DNA from: an uncultured Lysobacterales bacterium
GTDB lineage: Bacteria > Pseudomonadota > Gammaproteobacteria > Xanthomonadales > SZUA-36
Length of the DNA: 29,252 nt
Assembly (NCBI GenBank): GCA_937974465.1
Contig: CALJWY010000132.1
Location: 1-29,252 of the forward strand
Direction of reading: 5' to 3'
Each line of letters begins with the position of its first letter. The stretch's first letter is position 1. The notes under the pieces are model-generated. The model had not been told where the DNA came from. It searched no databases and saw only the letters and a program-made list of their open reading frames with translations. Positions 28,398 to 29,252 of the stretch are shown in pieces. A program made the translations under genes and the position numbers.

Positions 28398-29252
28398 ATG
28401 AGCAAGTTTCCAAAAAAAACACTCGATGACTGGCGCGAGCTTGCTGTAAAGGAACGCAAAGGCAAATCATTAGATGAGTTGAACTGGGAGACCCCTGAAG
28501 GGATAACGGTCAAGCCGCTGTATAGCGCAGAAGACCTGGAAAACGTCACCCATCTCGACTCGCTGCCGGGCATGGCGCCTTTTGTGCGGGGGCCCAAGGC
28601 CACCATGTACGCCGGCCGTCCCTGGACTGTTCGCCAATACGCCGGCTTTTCCACCGCAGAGGAATCAAACGCTTTCTATCGTAAAAATCTCGAGGCCGGG
28701 CAAACGGGCCTGTCAGTGGCTTTTGACCTGGCAACCCATCGCGGTTACGACTCAGACCATCCGCGTGTGGTTGGCGATGTGGGCAAGGCCGGTGTGGCAA
28801 TCGATAGTGTCGAGGATATGAAAATCCTGTTTAAAGGCATTCCGCTCGACAGGATGTCTGTTTCAATGACCATGAATGGTGCAGTGCTTCCGGTTATGGC
28901 GATGTTCATCGTCGCTGCAAAAGAGCAGGGTGTTGGCGTAGAACAGCTGGCCGGAACCCTACAGAATGATATTTTGAAGGAGTTCATGGTTCGTAATACC
29001 TATATTTATCCACCGGCTCCGTCCATGCGCATCGTGTCTGACATCATTGCTTACACATCCGCCCATATGCCTCGCTTCAATTCCATCTCCATTTCCGGCT
29101 ATCACATGCAGGAGGCCTGAGCCACTTGTTCCCAGGAACTGGCCTATACGATAGCGGATGGCATCGAGTATGTGCGCACGGCAATCTCCAGTGGCCTCTA
29201 TGTGGATGCTTTTGCACCCAGTGTGTCCTTTTTCTTTGGCATTGGGATGAAT
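28398..29252 (+). CDS. scpA: Methylmalonyl-CoA mutase, N-terminal part (3'-truncated by the window; in-frame TGA at 29118-29120)
   Basis: [30 protein letters not shown] (Tyr of methylmalonyl-specific mutases), [32 protein letters not shown]; past the TGA the same frame reads [19 protein letters not shown]...SFFFGIGMN. Confidence 0.93.

Noticed and set aside
29118-29120. UGA recoded as Gly, Trp or Sec (alternative genetic code)
   Set aside because: rpsJ, rplC, rplD, rpmC, rpmJ and others end at TGA at their expected lengths, so UGA is a stop. The consensus residue is Gly, not Cys, which argues against Sec.
1-29252. CRISPR arrays, tRNA/rRNA genes, transposases, prophage or defence genes
   Set aside because: No regularly spaced repeats, cloverleaf motifs or such ORFs seen. 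Intergenic gaps are all under about 270 nt and are accounted for.

Overview
Housekeeping region of a Gammaproteobacterium; the uS4, uS11 and class II DAHP synthase sequences look Xanthomonadales-like (recalled similarity, not a search result). Bases 1-13.9 kb hold the 3' end of tuf and the complete S10-spc-alpha ribosomal protein superoperon (rpsJ to rplQ, including secY, rpoA and a 37-codon rpmJ missed by the ORF track), closed by a bidirectional terminator. Next come minus-strand feoA-feoB with two Fur-box-like sites, hutI and hutH, then dsbB, a class II DAHP synthase, an M61/PDZ peptidase, typA (bipA), a POT-type MFS transporter, a stand-alone FabD-like acyltransferase and the 5' part of a methylmalonyl-CoA mutase cut by the window end. 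Two things are invisible in the ORF track. (1) The 'intergenic' stretch upstream of hutH is a ~185-bp vestige of urocanase (hutU): the N-terminal motif is fused to a C-terminus-like tail and nearly all of the gene is deleted, while a perfect extended -10 and the stop/start overlap with hutH remain. (2) The mutase has an in-frame TGA at a conserved Gly, and homology continues past it amid several apparent G>T changes. No CRISPR, tRNA, rRNA or transposase was seen, and I could not establish a clearly novel multi-gene system. The best candidate for new biology is the hutH-hutI operon without urocanase.
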